A DNA stretch of 64,000 nucleotides from an uncultured Staphylococcaceae bacterium (GTDB lineage: Bacteria; Bacillota_I; Bacilli_A; RFN20; CAG-826): NCBI GenBank assembly GCA_964392865.1, contig CAYMRJ010000001.1:71263-135262 (forward strand). Reading direction: 5' to 3'. The translations under genes and the position numbers were made by a program. Position 1 is the first letter of the stretch, and each line of letters begins with the position of its first letter. Of this stretch, positions 9,338-18,554 are shown piece after piece. Below the pieces are notes generated by a model. That model made no database searches. It saw only the letters and a list, made by a program, of their open reading frames with translations, and had not been told where the DNA came from.

Positions 9338-10306
9338 TCAGTAAGCGCCGTCCCAGATGAGATGGGCGGCGTATTCGTAGTCGATGAAGGGGTTCCTGTT
9401 CCCCTGCTTGGCATAGACCTTTTCGTTCCTCTCCCTCTCCCAATCGTCGACGGGATCGAGGTCGTTCCACTCGAGGTAGAGATCGACCGCCCAGCTGGAT
9501 AAGGAGGGATAGGTGTTCTTGCTGAAGGTGGAGAAGGAGGCGAAGGACGAAACGTAGTTCTGGTAGCAGGTCACCGTATAGAAGTAGGAGCGGGCGATGT
9601 CTCCTTTCCACTGATCGGGAACTTCGAAGACGGAACCGGAGAGGCCGTCGACGTCGCTCGTCCCGAGCATGCAGCCGTTGCTGCTGGTGTAGGTCGCCGA
9701 TTTCACTTCGGCATGCGGATAGTTGTCCCTTCTGTTATTCACATACCCATCGGTCGGATAGACGTTGAAGAGATCGCTTTTGAGGTTCGAATTGGCGCCC
9801 GTCGACTTGAAGATGGATTGGGGCGTGACGTGTTCGCGGTTGATGCCGGCCCCTTCGTAGCTATAGCTATTCTGCCCTTTGCTCGGAGGCTCGTGCTGAT
9901 ATGAAGAATACATGTCGACGATGTAGCCATCCTCATCGACATCCGTCGTGGCATAAGCGCTCCAGAGGTTGTCGTAGCCGACGCTGCTGAAGTTCTTGGA
10001 GATGAGATTGTATAGAGCCGTCTTCAAGGTCGCCCCGGTAGCGGTCCAATCGATGCTGCTGTAATAGGAAATGTCCGGCGGTTCCGGAGTGGAATCGGCA
10101 GGCGTTTCTTCCGAAGATTCGTCGCTATCGATAGCCGAAGATTCGGTGCTTTCGATAGCCGACGACGATTCTTCGGCAATTGTCGAAGAAGTACCTTCTC
10201 CGGTCGATTCAATCGACGAAGTGTCATCTACCACGCAGCCGGACAAGGCAAAAGCCAAAGCCAAAGAGAGGCAGGCGAGGATTTTGAAACTAGGTTTCTT
10301 CTCCAT
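9338..10306 (-). CDS. Secreted lipoprotein nuclease, Endonuclease I (EndA/Vvn) family
   Basis: Lipobox LSGCVV; matches EndA blocks: NREHVTPQS (EHVVPAW), DLFNVYPTDGYVNNRRDNYP, GDIARSYFYT, WERERNEKVYAKQGNRNPFID. Confidence 0.75.
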   Translation of the reverse strand: MEKKPSFKILACLSLALAFALSGCVVDDTSSIESTGEGTSSTIAEESSSAIESTESSAIDSDESSEETPADSTPEPPDISYYSSIDWTATGATLKTALYNLISKNFSSVGYDNLWSAYATTDVDEDGYIVDMYSSYQHEPPSKGQNSYSYEGAGINREHVTPQSIFKSTGANSNLKSDLFNVYPTDGYVNNRRDNYPHAEVKSATYTSSNGCMLGTSDVDGLSGSVFEVPDQWKGDIARSYFYTVTCYQNYVSSFASFSTFSKNTYPSLSSWAVDLYLEWNDLDPVDDWERERNEKVYAKQGNRNPFIDYEYAAHLIWDGAY

Positions 10307-10361
10307 AAGGGCACCTAAACCTTAAGACACGTTGTTCGGAAAAGACAAGAGAACGAAGGAA

Positions 10362-11795
10362 TTATAAGTAAGCGCTGTCCCAGATCTGGTGGGCGGCATC
10401 TTTGTTATCGATGAAGGGGTTGCGATTTCCTTGAAGGGAATAGACCTTTTCGTTTCTCTCCCTTTCCCAATCGTCGACCGGGTCCTCATCATTCCATTTG
10501 AGGTAGAGATCGACCGCCCATTCGGAAAGCGAGGGATAGGTATTGCCGCTAAAGGTGGCAAAGCTTGAGTAAGAAGTCAAATCTCCTTGGTAGCAAGTGA
10601 CCGAGTAGAAGTAGGAACGGGCTACGTCCCCCTTCCACTGATCGGGCACTTCGAAGACGGTACCGCTTAGTCCAGTGGTAGCGCTGGTGCCGAGCATGCA
10701 GCCATTGCTGCTGGTGTACGTTGGTGTAGTCGATTGATCGACCTCGGCATGCGGAAAACTAGATCTTCTGCCGTTCACGTATCCGTCGGTCGGATAGACG
10801 TTGAAGAGATCGGAATAGATGTTTCCGCTCTCCGTATTGAAAACGGATTGGGGGACAATGTGCTCGCGATTGATGCAATCGCCCTCCTTCGAATAGTTCT
10901 GTCCACCGGTCGGGGGTTCGTGCTTATAGGAAGAGTACATGTCGACGATATAGCCATCGTCATCGACATCGGTCGTGGCGTAGGCGCTCCAAAGGTTGGT
11001 GTATCCTACGGATTTCACTGTGCTGTTCAACAACTCATACAAGTCGGTCTTCAATTCGGCTCCGGTTTTGGTCCAATCGATGCCGTCGTAATAACTGGGC
11101 AACGAGGAAGTGTCACTCGAAGACGAGCCGGTCGAACTCGACGAAGAGGAACTAGACGATGAGCTGGAAGAAGAACTAGACGACGAGCTGGAAGAAGAAC
11201 TGCCGGCATCGCCAATCGCACTGTCTTCGTTCAGCGTGAAGACGATTTTGTAGAGGTAAAAGCGCTGGGACTTGGCCGAATTTGAAATCGTTATCGACGA
11301 TGTCTCGCCATCGGGGAATCCGCTGAATATGTAATGGCCGTCACCAGAATAGGCGGTGAAATCCGGAGCGTCGGTATTGTCGACCGTAGTGGAATAAACG
11401 GTTGACGAATTCGACAGTTCAAGATTCAACGTGACATTGTCGCTGCCATATTGGCTTGCCAGAATTCTGATTTGGGTAATATCAAGGCTTTCTGCGAAGG
11501 TAATGGTAAGAGAACCAGTGTTATTGGAGCTTCCAAAGCGAAGGGCATTTCCCTCGTTTGGCTGGAAAACGCTAGAGACCGAGAATGAAGGAGTCGCGAG
11601 ATTGGTTACGGTGTAATACGGTTGGGCCGCTGTTCCGGTGTTATCGGTTGTTTCTCCGAAATAGATATCCGCACATAAATAAGAACCCTCCGTTTGCGCA
11701 ACGGAGGGGACGGCGGTTATAGAGGCAACGGCACCCAATATGACGGTGGAAACCGCAGCAATCGAGATGAGGAGATAACGCGGTTTGATTGCCAT
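10362..11795 (-). CDS. Secreted Endonuclease I family nuclease paralog with extra N-terminal beta-rich domain and poly-Ser linker
   Basis: Signal peptide; about 200-aa unknown N-domain; 23-residue Ser run; C-terminal domain near-identical motif set to 9338-10306 (NREHIVPQS, GNRNPFID). Confidence 0.75.
   Translation of the reverse strand: MAIKPRYLLISIAAVSTVILGAVASITAVPSVAQTEGSYLCADIYFGETTDNTGTAAQPYYTVTNLATPSFSVSSVFQPNEGNALRFGSSNNTGSLTITFAESLDITQIRILASQYGSDNVTLNLELSNSSTVYSTTVDNTDAPDFTAYSGDGHYIFSGFPDGETSSITISNSAKSQRFYLYKIVFTLNEDSAIGDAGSSSSSSSSSSSSSSSSSSSSSSSTGSSSSDTSSLPSYYDGIDWTKTGAELKTDLYELLNSTVKSVGYTNLWSAYATTDVDDDGYIVDMYSSYKHEPPTGGQNYSKEGDCINREHIVPQSVFNTESGNIYSDLFNVYPTDGYVNGRRSSFPHAEVDQSTTPTYTSSNGCMLGTSATTGLSGTVFEVPDQWKGDVARSYFYSVTCYQGDLTSYSSFATFSGNTYPSLSEWAVDLYLKWNDEDPVDDWERERNEKVYSLQGNRNPFIDNKDAAHQIWDSAYL
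11131..11201. repeat. Tandem 24-bp repeat (GAACTAGACGA[T/C]GAGCTGGAAGAA x2 plus partial copies) encoding the poly-Ser linker
   Basis: Two adjacent 24-nt units at 11149-11172 and 11173-11196 differing at one base, flanked by partial copies. Confidence 0.6.
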
Positions 11796-11796
11796 T

Positions 11797-12065
11797 TCAG
11801 TTCTCCTTATGTTCTTTCAGGGCTTTGAGGGCCTGGGCCAGTTGATCCGGACAGGAGGTCTCCCCCGTCCTTGACCCCCGGCACTTGACGCCTTCGAGCC
11901 TTCTTATAACCTCGTCGATCTTCATTCCTTCGACGAGGCGTCCCAGTCCTTGGAGGTTCCCGTTGCAGCCCCCGATAGAGGAGAAGCCGGTGACGGTATC
12001 CCCTTCATAGGCGATATGAAACTCGCGGGAGCAGACGGATTCGGGACGGTAGACGAATTCGGACA
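11797..12065 (-). CDS. TSCPD-domain four-cysteine protein (TIGR03905-like)
   Basis: Conserved TSCPDQL motif and four Cys; start MSEFVY chosen at 12063-12065 directly after upstream stop. Confidence 0.55.
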
Positions 12066-12680
12066 TTATTCGACGATGGTTCCGTAGACGGTGCCCGCGC
12101 AAAGGGCGGCATTGGCTTCGTCGGTGTCGATGTGCATGGCAAGGGCGAACTTATCGCTCACCCGGACGACGACGTCCCCGAAGACGAGGCTTCTTTCCTC
12201 GGTATCGATGGCAACTTTGACAATCTGGCCGTTGGTGACACCGAAGTTCTCGGCATCTTCCGGAGTCATATGGATGTGCCGCTTGGCAATGATGAGGCCT
12301 TCCTTCAGGTCGATGCTCTTCCCCGTTTCGGGATTGAGGATCGTGATGGGGGCCGATCCGGCGACGTTGCCCGATTCCCGGACCGGGGCCTTCTTGCCCA
12401 AGGTGCGGGCATCGGTGGCGCTAACTTCGACCTGGTCGTAGTTCCTAAGGGGTCCGAGGATCGAAACGCCTTTGATGACCCGGGGCTTCCCGGTCTTGGG
12501 ATTTGTTTCCCCGATGAGGTCGAGGCGGACGGTGCTCACGTACTGTCCAGGCTGGCTTAGGTCTCCCCTCCACGGGAGCTCGGGGTGTTCGCCTTCCTTG
12601 GCATCCATTAAATATTCGTATGTCTCCTGGGTCAGGTGGATGTGCCGGGCCGAGGTCTCGACGAGGATCTTCTTTTCCAT
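12066..12680 (-). CDS. pduL: PduL-type phosphate acyltransferase (phosphotransacetylase-like)
   Basis: Two PduL repeats with SARHIHL and AKRHIHM motifs; 204 aa. Confidence 0.7.
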   Translation of the reverse strand: MEKKILVETSARHIHLTQETYEYLMDAKEGEHPELPWRGDLSQPGQYVSTVRLDLIGETNPKTGKPRVIKGVSILGPLRNYDQVEVSATDARTLGKKAPVRESGNVAGSAPITILNPETGKSIDLKEGLIIAKRHIHMTPEDAENFGVTNGQIVKVAIDTEERSLVFGDVVVRVSDKFALAMHIDTDEANAALCAGTVYGTIVE

Positions 12681-12819
12681 GTTTGTAGGGTCTTTCTCTG
12701 CCTTCTGATTATAGACCCTCCGAGAGAAGTTTAACGGACGACTTTTCTTTTAAGAAAAAGAAGGGTGTGAGAACGCTTATAAGAGGTCTAAACTTTGCGG
12801 CGGAAAGGGGACTAGGAAC

Positions 12820-14277
12820 ATGGAAGAAATCAAAAACGCCCTCGATAGGGGCCAAGTGGCCACCGTCAGCAAGGAAGAGCTCCTTGCCGCTCTGAAGAAA
12901 CATAACAAAGCGGAACTAAAAACGATCATAGAAACGGTCCCCGACATCGATATCGCCGAGGCCTGCGTCGAACTCGAGAACGAGGACCTCGTCCGCCTTT
13001 TCAGGAGCCTGAATAGCAGCGATGCCGCGTCTCTTTACGACGCCCTCGATAGCGACGATAAATCCCGCCTGGTCAATGCCATGGCCGACAAGGAACTCAT
13101 CGAGCTCATCAACAACCAGTCGGCCGACGACGTGGCCGACGACGTGGCCGAGATGCCGGCCAACGTGGCCGTAAAAGTCTTGAAGGCCGCTTCCCCTTCG
13201 ATGAGGGAGGACGTGAACCGCCTTTTGGGCTACAAGCCCGATACGGCCGGGGCCGTCATGACGACCGAGTACCTCGAATTCCATGAGGAAGATAGCGTCA
13301 AATCGGCCATGGAAACGATCCGCAAAAGGGGCAAGCAGGCCGAAACGGTCTATACCCTTTTCGTCAAGGACAAGAAAAGGAAGTTCGTCGGAACCGTCGA
13401 CCTCGACGAGCTCATCTTCTCCGAACCGGAGGAAAAGCTCTCCGGCATCATGAACAAAGACGCCCCCTGGGTCAGCGTCAATACCGATAGGGAGGAAATG
13501 GCCAACGCCTTCCGCCGGTATGACCTCAATGCCATGGCGGTCCTCAATGCCGATGGCTGCCTTACCGGCATCGTCACCATCGACGACGCCGTCGACGTCA
13601 TGACCGAAGAGTCGACCGAAGACGTCGAGCATATGGCCGGCGTCTCTTCTTTGGACGACGCCTATCTAGAAACCCATCCTCTCTCCATGGCCAAGAAATG
13701 CGTCCCCTGGATCATCGTCCTACTGATCCTCGGGACCTTCTCTTCCATCGTTTTGTCTTCCTTCCAAGATGCCCTGGCCGTCGTTCCCGTCTTGGCCGCC
13801 TTCATCCCCGTCATCATGGATACGGGCGGCAATTCCGGCGGCCAGACCATCGCCCTCATCGTAAGAGGCTTGGGCTTAGGCGAATTCACGCCCAAAGAGA
13901 CCGGAATGCTCATCAAGAAAGAGGCCCTTTCATCCCTCCTCATCGGCATATGCGTCTCCGTCTTCGCCTTCGTTTGGTTCATGCTCGAGATGTATCTGGG
14001 ATTGGTGGATAACGGAGCCAACATCTGGGAAGGCAACTGCTGGACGATGGAGTATTTCTCCTCTTGCTCCTTGATCGCCGGGGTCGTGGCCCTGACCCTT
14101 TTGGTGGCCATCCTCGTGTCGAAATTGGTCGCCGTCTTGCTCCCGATGGGCGCCGTCCTCATCAAGAAGGATCCGGCTATCGTGAGCCAGCCGATGCTGA
14201 CGACCATCGTCGACGTCACGAGCCTCATCGTCTTCTTCATCATCGCCGAGGCCAGCATCATCCCGCTATTGGCCTAA
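12820..14277 (+). CDS. mgtE: Magnesium transporter MgtE
   Basis: N-domain, tandem CBS, C-terminal 5-TM MgtE domain (DTGGNSGGQ); 485 aa. Confidence 0.9.
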   Translation: MEEIKNALDRGQVATVSKEELLAALKKHNKAELKTIIETVPDIDIAEACVELENEDLVRLFRSLNSSDAASLYDALDSDDKSRLVNAMADKELIELINNQSADDVADDVAEMPANVAVKVLKAASPSMREDVNRLLGYKPDTAGAVMTTEYLEFHEEDSVKSAMETIRKRGKQAETVYTLFVKDKKRKFVGTVDLDELIFSEPEEKLSGIMNKDAPWVSVNTDREEMANAFRRYDLNAMAVLNADGCLTGIVTIDDAVDVMTEESTEDVEHMAGVSSLDDAYLETHPLSMAKKCVPWIIVLLILGTFSSIVLSSFQDALAVVPVLAAFIPVIMDTGGNSGGQTIALIVRGLGLGEFTPKETGMLIKKEALSSLLIGICVSVFAFVWFMLEMYLGLVDNGANIWEGNCWTMEYFSSCSLIAGVVALTLLVAILVSKLVAVLLPMGAVLIKKDPAIVSQPMLTTIVDVTSLIVFFIIAEASIIPLLA

Positions 14278-14284
14278 ATGGTGG

Positions 14285-14314
14285 TTGATTTGGAACGGTT
14301 TCCGTTCCTATAAT
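14285..14314 (+). promoter_or_regulatory. Candidate sigma-A promoter of tRNA-Leu (TTGATT-18-TATAAT); spacer is perfect hairpin GGAACGG-TTT-CCGTTCC
   Basis: -35 at 14285-14290, -10 TATAAT at 14309-14314, tRNA 5' end 10 nt downstream. Confidence 0.5.
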
Positions 14315-14323
14315 TAGCCCCGC

Positions 14324-14408
14324 GCGGGAATGGCGGAATAGGTAGACGCGTACGTTTGAGGGGCGTATGGAGCAATCCATGCCAGTTCGATTCTGGTTTC
14401 CCGCACCA
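14324..14408 (+). tRNA. tRNA-Leu (anticodon GAG), type II with long variable arm, CCA encoded
   Basis: Acceptor GCGGGAA/TTCCCGC, D-arm like the Leu(TAA) tRNA in this window, anticodon loop TTGAGGG, T-loop TTCGATT, ACCA 3' end. Confidence 0.8.
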
Positions 14409-14491
14409 GAGGATAATCGCCCGGGGCTTCCCCGGGTTTTTCTTTGCCTTGCATAGCAAAAGAGGGGACCATCCGATATATTTGCCTCGCT

Positions 14492-16024
14492 ATGGCGCTC
14501 ATCTTAGGAAAGGGCATCTGCTTCAACTACTCGGACAAAGAGCTCTATAAGAACATCGATATCAAAATCAACCAAGGAGAGCACTGCGTCTTGGTCGGTT
14601 CCAATGGCGCCGGCAAGTCGACCCTCCTCGAGATCCTTTCGGGCGAAAGGAAGCCCGATAAGGGAAGCGTTGCGGTCGAATCGCATGTCGAGATCGCCTA
14701 TCTCGACCAAAGGCTTTCCGTCAAAGACGACCAGACCTTGGAAAACTATCTATACGGGGTCTACGCCCCTTATTTCGAAAAGGAAAAGCAGATCAATGAC
14801 CTCTACCAAAGGGCAGCCTTGGATCCCGAGAATTTCGAAACCCTCCTCGAAAAGGCCGAGAAACTGAGGATTTCCTTGGAAAACGCCGGGTTCTATGCCC
14901 TCGAGGAAAAGGTCGGAAAGATCCTCAATGAGTTCGGACTTGAGCATCGGCGGAACGCGATGCTCGGAGAACTCTCAGGAGGCGAAAGGGCCAAGGCTTA
15001 TCTCGGGAAGATGCTCCTCGAGGAAAAAGACGTCCTCTTCATGGACGAGCCGACGAACTTCCTCGACGCCGCCCAGGTCGATAGCCTCGCCTCATTCCTC
15101 AACTCCTACAAGAAAGCCTTCCTCGTCGTAAGCCATGACGAATCGTTCCTCAGGAAGATCGCCAACGTCGTCTTCTCCCTCAAGGGAGGGAAGCTCACGA
15201 GGTACAAAGGCGATTACGAACATTACCTCGAGCAAAGCGCCCTCGACGAAGAACAATACGAAAAGGACTTCAAAGCACAGCAGAGATACATCAAGAAGGA
15301 AGAGGCCTTCATCGCCGCCCATATCGTCAGGGCCACGAGCGCCAAGGCCGCCAAGAGCCGTAGGGCCCGCCTCAATGCCTTGGACAAGATGGAAGCCCCC
15401 GAGAAACTCGATTCCAAGGTCTACTTCTCCTTCCCTTTCAGCCGCCATGTGGGGGATGAGCCTCTCATCGTCGATAGACTCGTCATCGGATATGACTCCC
15501 CTTTGCTGGATCCGATTTCCTTCACTCTAAAGAAAGGCGAAAAGATCGCCATCTTGGGCCATAACGGAGTCGGGAAATCGACCCTCGTCAAAACCCTCAT
15601 CGGGGAACTCCCCCAATTAGGAGGCGATTACGAATTCCTCCCCGGCATCGAAATCGGCTACTTCGCGCAGGACGTCCATCTGGATAGGAGCCTCTCCCCT
15701 TTCGATCTGATCCGCCATGAATACCCAAGGCTCACCAATACGGAAATAAGGAGCCTCTTAGGCCAAGCCGGCATCAAGAAGGAGCTGGCCCTCCGTCCAT
15801 TGAAGGAACTTTCGGGCGGCGAGGAATCGAAAGCCAGGCTTGCCCTTCTCATGCAAAGGAAGTGCAACTTCCTCATCATGGACGAGCCGACCAACCATCT
15901 GGATAAGAAAGCCAAGGACGCTCTCTACGAGGCCATCGGAAAGTTCGAAGGCTCGGTCATTTTGGTCAGCCACGAAAGGGACTTCTACGAAGGCCTCGTC
16001 GATTACGAGCTGACCTTCGCCTAG
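14492..16024 (+). CDS. ABC-F family ATPase (tandem ABC domains, no TM segments)
   Basis: Two Walker A (GSNGAGKST, GHNGVGKST) and two signature motifs (LSGGERAKAYL, LSGGEESKARL); start ATG 14492 downstream of tRNA. Confidence 0.85.
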   Translation: MALILGKGICFNYSDKELYKNIDIKINQGEHCVLVGSNGAGKSTLLEILSGERKPDKGSVAVESHVEIAYLDQRLSVKDDQTLENYLYGVYAPYFEKEKQINDLYQRAALDPENFETLLEKAEKLRISLENAGFYALEEKVGKILNEFGLEHRRNAMLGELSGGERAKAYLGKMLLEEKDVLFMDEPTNFLDAAQVDSLASFLNSYKKAFLVVSHDESFLRKIANVVFSLKGGKLTRYKGDYEHYLEQSALDEEQYEKDFKAQQRYIKKEEAFIAAHIVRATSAKAAKSRRARLNALDKMEAPEKLDSKVYFSFPFSRHVGDEPLIVDRLVIGYDSPLLDPISFTLKKGEKIAILGHNGVGKSTLVKTLIGELPQLGGDYEFLPGIEIGYFAQDVHLDRSLSPFDLIRHEYPRLTNTEIRSLLGQAGIKKELALRPLKELSGGEESKARLALLMQRKCNFLIMDEPTNHLDKKAKDALYEAIGKFEGSVILVSHERDFYEGLVDYELTFA

Positions 16025-16548
16025 GAAATCTGCTTCAGATAAGGCAGTCTTACGAGGAAATAGACGAAACGGCAGGCCCAAAGGCCCCGCCAGTAGTTGT
16101 AGCCGAGGACATCGCTGTTATAGCCCGCCGCGACCCGGCGGTAATTGAAATCGAGTTCGTTCAAGGTCCCTTTGAGGGTCAGGGCCTCTTCGTTTTCGGC
16201 GATGTTTTGATCGGTCGCCGCGATGTAGTTCAGCCTCTTCTCCAAAGTTTTGAGGATCTCGGCGCAGCCTTCGATCTCCCCCGCCGTCTGGACGTCGGCG
16301 ATGAGCCACTTGGCCCTATTGACCGCCCTTTGGTCTTCTTCCTTCAGGCTTGCCCCTAACTTTTCATAAAGGGAAGTAAGGGCCAGAAGGACTTCCTTCT
16401 TCTGCGAAAAGATGACGGCGAGGGCCTTGATCCTGCCCTTAAGGGCACTACGGAAATAGGCGATCTTCGAGGTGACGTAGAAAAAGAGGGCCAGATAGGC
16501 AATCAGCAATACGGTCGCGATGAGGATGAGGATCTGGCTAAGGCTCAC
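16021..16548 (-). CDS. lemA: LemA family membrane protein (start uncertain, GTG candidate)
   Basis: Single N-terminal TM then LemA-like helical domain ending ...YNSDVLGYNYWRG; ORF-track start would overlap divergent HAD gene. Confidence 0.55.
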   Translation of the reverse strand: MSLSQILILIATVLLIAYLALFFYVTSKIAYFRSALKGRIKALAVIFSQKKEVLLALTSLYEKLGASLKEEDQRAVNRAKWLIADVQTAGEIEGCAEILKTLEKRLNYIAATDQNIAENEEALTLKGTLNELDFNYRRVAAGYNSDVLGYNYWRGLWACRFVYFLVRLPYLKQIS

Positions 16549-16630
16549 GGGGCTATTTTCGTCTTGCCGTTTCCCCTTGAAAAGGGGGCGGATTTGACCC
16601 CCATCGAATGACAAGGGATAATCTAGCCAA

Positions 16631-17464
16631 ATGAGCAAAAGACCGATAGTCGCCCTCCTATACGACTTCGATTCGACCCTGGCCAAAGCCGACATGCAGA
16701 ATTTCGGCTTCATCCCGGCCGTCGGGATGACCCCGGCCGAATTCTGGGGCGAGACGACGAAGTTCTCCGAGAAGACCGGGGTCGAAAGGACCCTCAGCTA
16801 CCTTTGGATGATGGTCAAGACGGCCAAGGAAAAAGGCATCAAGATGAGCAGGGAGTGGCTAAGAAGCATGGGCAAGGACATCGAGTTCTTCCCCGGCGTC
16901 TTGGAGTGGTTCTCGAACATCAACGAATACGGGAAGGAGCATGGCCTGAAGATCGAGCACTACCTCATCTCCTCCGGGAACCTCGAGATCGTCGAAGGCT
17001 GCCCCATTTCCAAGGAATTCCGCGTCAAATACGCCTGCGAATTCCATTATGACGAAGAGGGCAATCCCGTCTGGCCGAAGCTGGCCATCAACTATACCCA
17101 GAAGACCCAGTACTTCTTCCGCATCTCCAAAGGCGTCTATGACGCCACCGACGACGTCGGCGTAAACGAAAAGGTCACCGAAAGAAGGATTCCCTATCGG
17201 AACATCATCTACATCGGGGACGGGATGACCGACATCCCGGCCATGATCATCGCCAAGAACAACGGCGGCAAATCGATCGCCGTCTATCCGAGGGGCAAGG
17301 AAGAGAAGGTCGAAGCCCTCTACCACGACGGGCGCGTGAACTACGTCTGCCCCGCCGATTACCGTCCCGGCAAGGAGCTGGACAAAGTCGTAAAGCTCAT
17401 CCTCCAGAGCATCGCCATCGCCGAATCGCTCGGCGCCAGGGAAAACAAAGAGCACGCCGAGTAA
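16631..17464 (+). CDS. HAD superfamily hydrolase
   Basis: Motif I YDFDSTL, motif IV GDGMTD; 277 aa. Confidence 0.7.
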   Translation: MSKRPIVALLYDFDSTLAKADMQNFGFIPAVGMTPAEFWGETTKFSEKTGVERTLSYLWMMVKTAKEKGIKMSREWLRSMGKDIEFFPGVLEWFSNINEYGKEHGLKIEHYLISSGNLEIVEGCPISKEFRVKYACEFHYDEEGNPVWPKLAINYTQKTQYFFRISKGVYDATDDVGVNEKVTERRIPYRNIIYIGDGMTDIPAMIIAKNNGGKSIAVYPRGKEEKVEALYHDGRVNYVCPADYRPGKELDKVVKLILQSIAIAESLGARENKEHAE

Positions 17465-17484
17465 GAAAGGAGTATCCTTTCTCT

Positions 17485-18216
17485 GTGGCGAAAAAACCTT
17501 TGGCCAAGAAGGCCGAACTATCTTCCGCGGCCATCCTCCTTTTGGGCGGGGACGGAATCCGCTACGGCTCTTCCATTCCCAAGCAATACGTCGATATGGG
17601 CGGTAAGCCCTTATTCCTTTACGCCTACGAAACCCTTTCTTCTTCCCCATATATCGGCGGAATCCTTTTGGTCGTCAAGAAAGGCTACGAAAAGAAAACC
17701 AAGGAACTGATTTCCGATAAATCGAAGCTCCTCGGCGTCATCAAAGGCGGCGAAACCAGAGAAGAATCTTCCTACCAAGGCTTAATCGCCCTGAATAAAC
17801 TCGGGGCCGGACCTTACACGATGGTCTATATCCACGATGCCGACCGTCCGCTTCTTAGCCTCGGCTTAATAGAAGCCCTCTACAAGAAAGCCGAAAAGGA
17901 TCTCTTCGCCCTCCCGGCCCTTCCGGTCAGCGATTCCTTGGCCTACGCCCCGAATGGCGAAAGGATCGAGCACTACGGCGACAGGCGCGGGAACTACACC
18001 GTCCAGACGCCCCAAGTCGCCGCCTATAGCCTCTACCTCAAATCCTTCATGGAAGAAAAGGAAAACCTCAAGTACTTCACCGACGATGCCTCGGTCATTC
18101 TGAAGGCCATGGGCATGCAGCCCTCCATCGTCAAAGGGGAATCGACCAACATCAAGGTCAACGATAGGGAAAGCGAAGCCCTATTCCTCACGCTTCTTAG
18201 GGGGATGAAGGGATGA
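17485..18216 (+). CDS. ispD: 2-C-methyl-D-erythritol 4-phosphate cytidylyltransferase (IspD-like; GTG start)
   Basis: N-terminal LLLGGDGIRYGSSIPKQYVDMGGKPL nucleotide-binding motif; AAGGAG RBS; ispF present elsewhere in window; could alternatively be TarI-like. Confidence 0.6.
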   Translation: MAKKPLAKKAELSSAAILLLGGDGIRYGSSIPKQYVDMGGKPLFLYAYETLSSSPYIGGILLVVKKGYEKKTKELISDKSKLLGVIKGGETREESSYQGLIALNKLGAGPYTMVYIHDADRPLLSLGLIEALYKKAEKDLFALPALPVSDSLAYAPNGERIEHYGDRRGNYTVQTPQVAAYSLYLKSFMEEKENLKYFTDDASVILKAMGMQPSIVKGESTNIKVNDRESEALFLTLLRGMKG

Positions 18217-18554
18217 GCGCCAAGGTCGGGGAGGTCTATTTCGCCTTGGCCGTGAAGGTCTATGAGCGCTACGCCATCATGCTCTTGCCCGATAACGAAA
18301 CCGGGCTCCTCCACATCAGCGAACTAAGCGATCGCTACGTCCGCAACTTTACCCAATACGTCCACGTTGGTAACATATACCGCGTCAAGGTCCTCGAAAA
18401 AGATGAAGCCAAAGGCTTCATCCGCCTCTCGGCCAAAGCCGTAAGCAAAAAAGAAAGGCACCTAGGCAAAACCGATAGGCCATGGCCGGAAGGGATCAGC
18501 GGAGAAGAACTCCTCCGCCATCTCCCGGAATGGATCGAAAGGGGAAACGAATGA
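18213..18554 (+). CDS. S1 RNA-binding domain protein (YugI/general stress protein 13-like)
   Basis: S1 fold signature [10 protein letters not shown]...VG..YRVKV; 113 aa; overlaps ispD stop and pgi start (ATGA). Confidence 0.7.
   Translation: MSAKVGEVYFALAVKVYERYAIMLLPDNETGLLHISELSDRYVRNFTQYVHVGNIYRVKVLEKDEAKGFIRLSAKAVSKKERHLGKTDRPWPEGISGEELLRHLPEWIERGNE

Noticed and set aside
12681-12819. Looked for an M-box (ykoK) Mg2+ riboswitch upstream of mgtE
   Set aside because: The leader is only about 139 nt including the divergent pduL promoter, and no M-box conserved blocks were recognisable. Only a 7-bp hairpin (AGGGTCT...AGACCCT) and an imperfect A/T palindrome are present. A covariance search (RF00380) would settle it.
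14274-14550. Three overlapping ORFs (61-70 aa) in the mgtE/ABC-F intergenic region
   Set aside because: The region folds as a canonical tRNA-Leu(GAG) with promoter, so the ORFs are artefacts.
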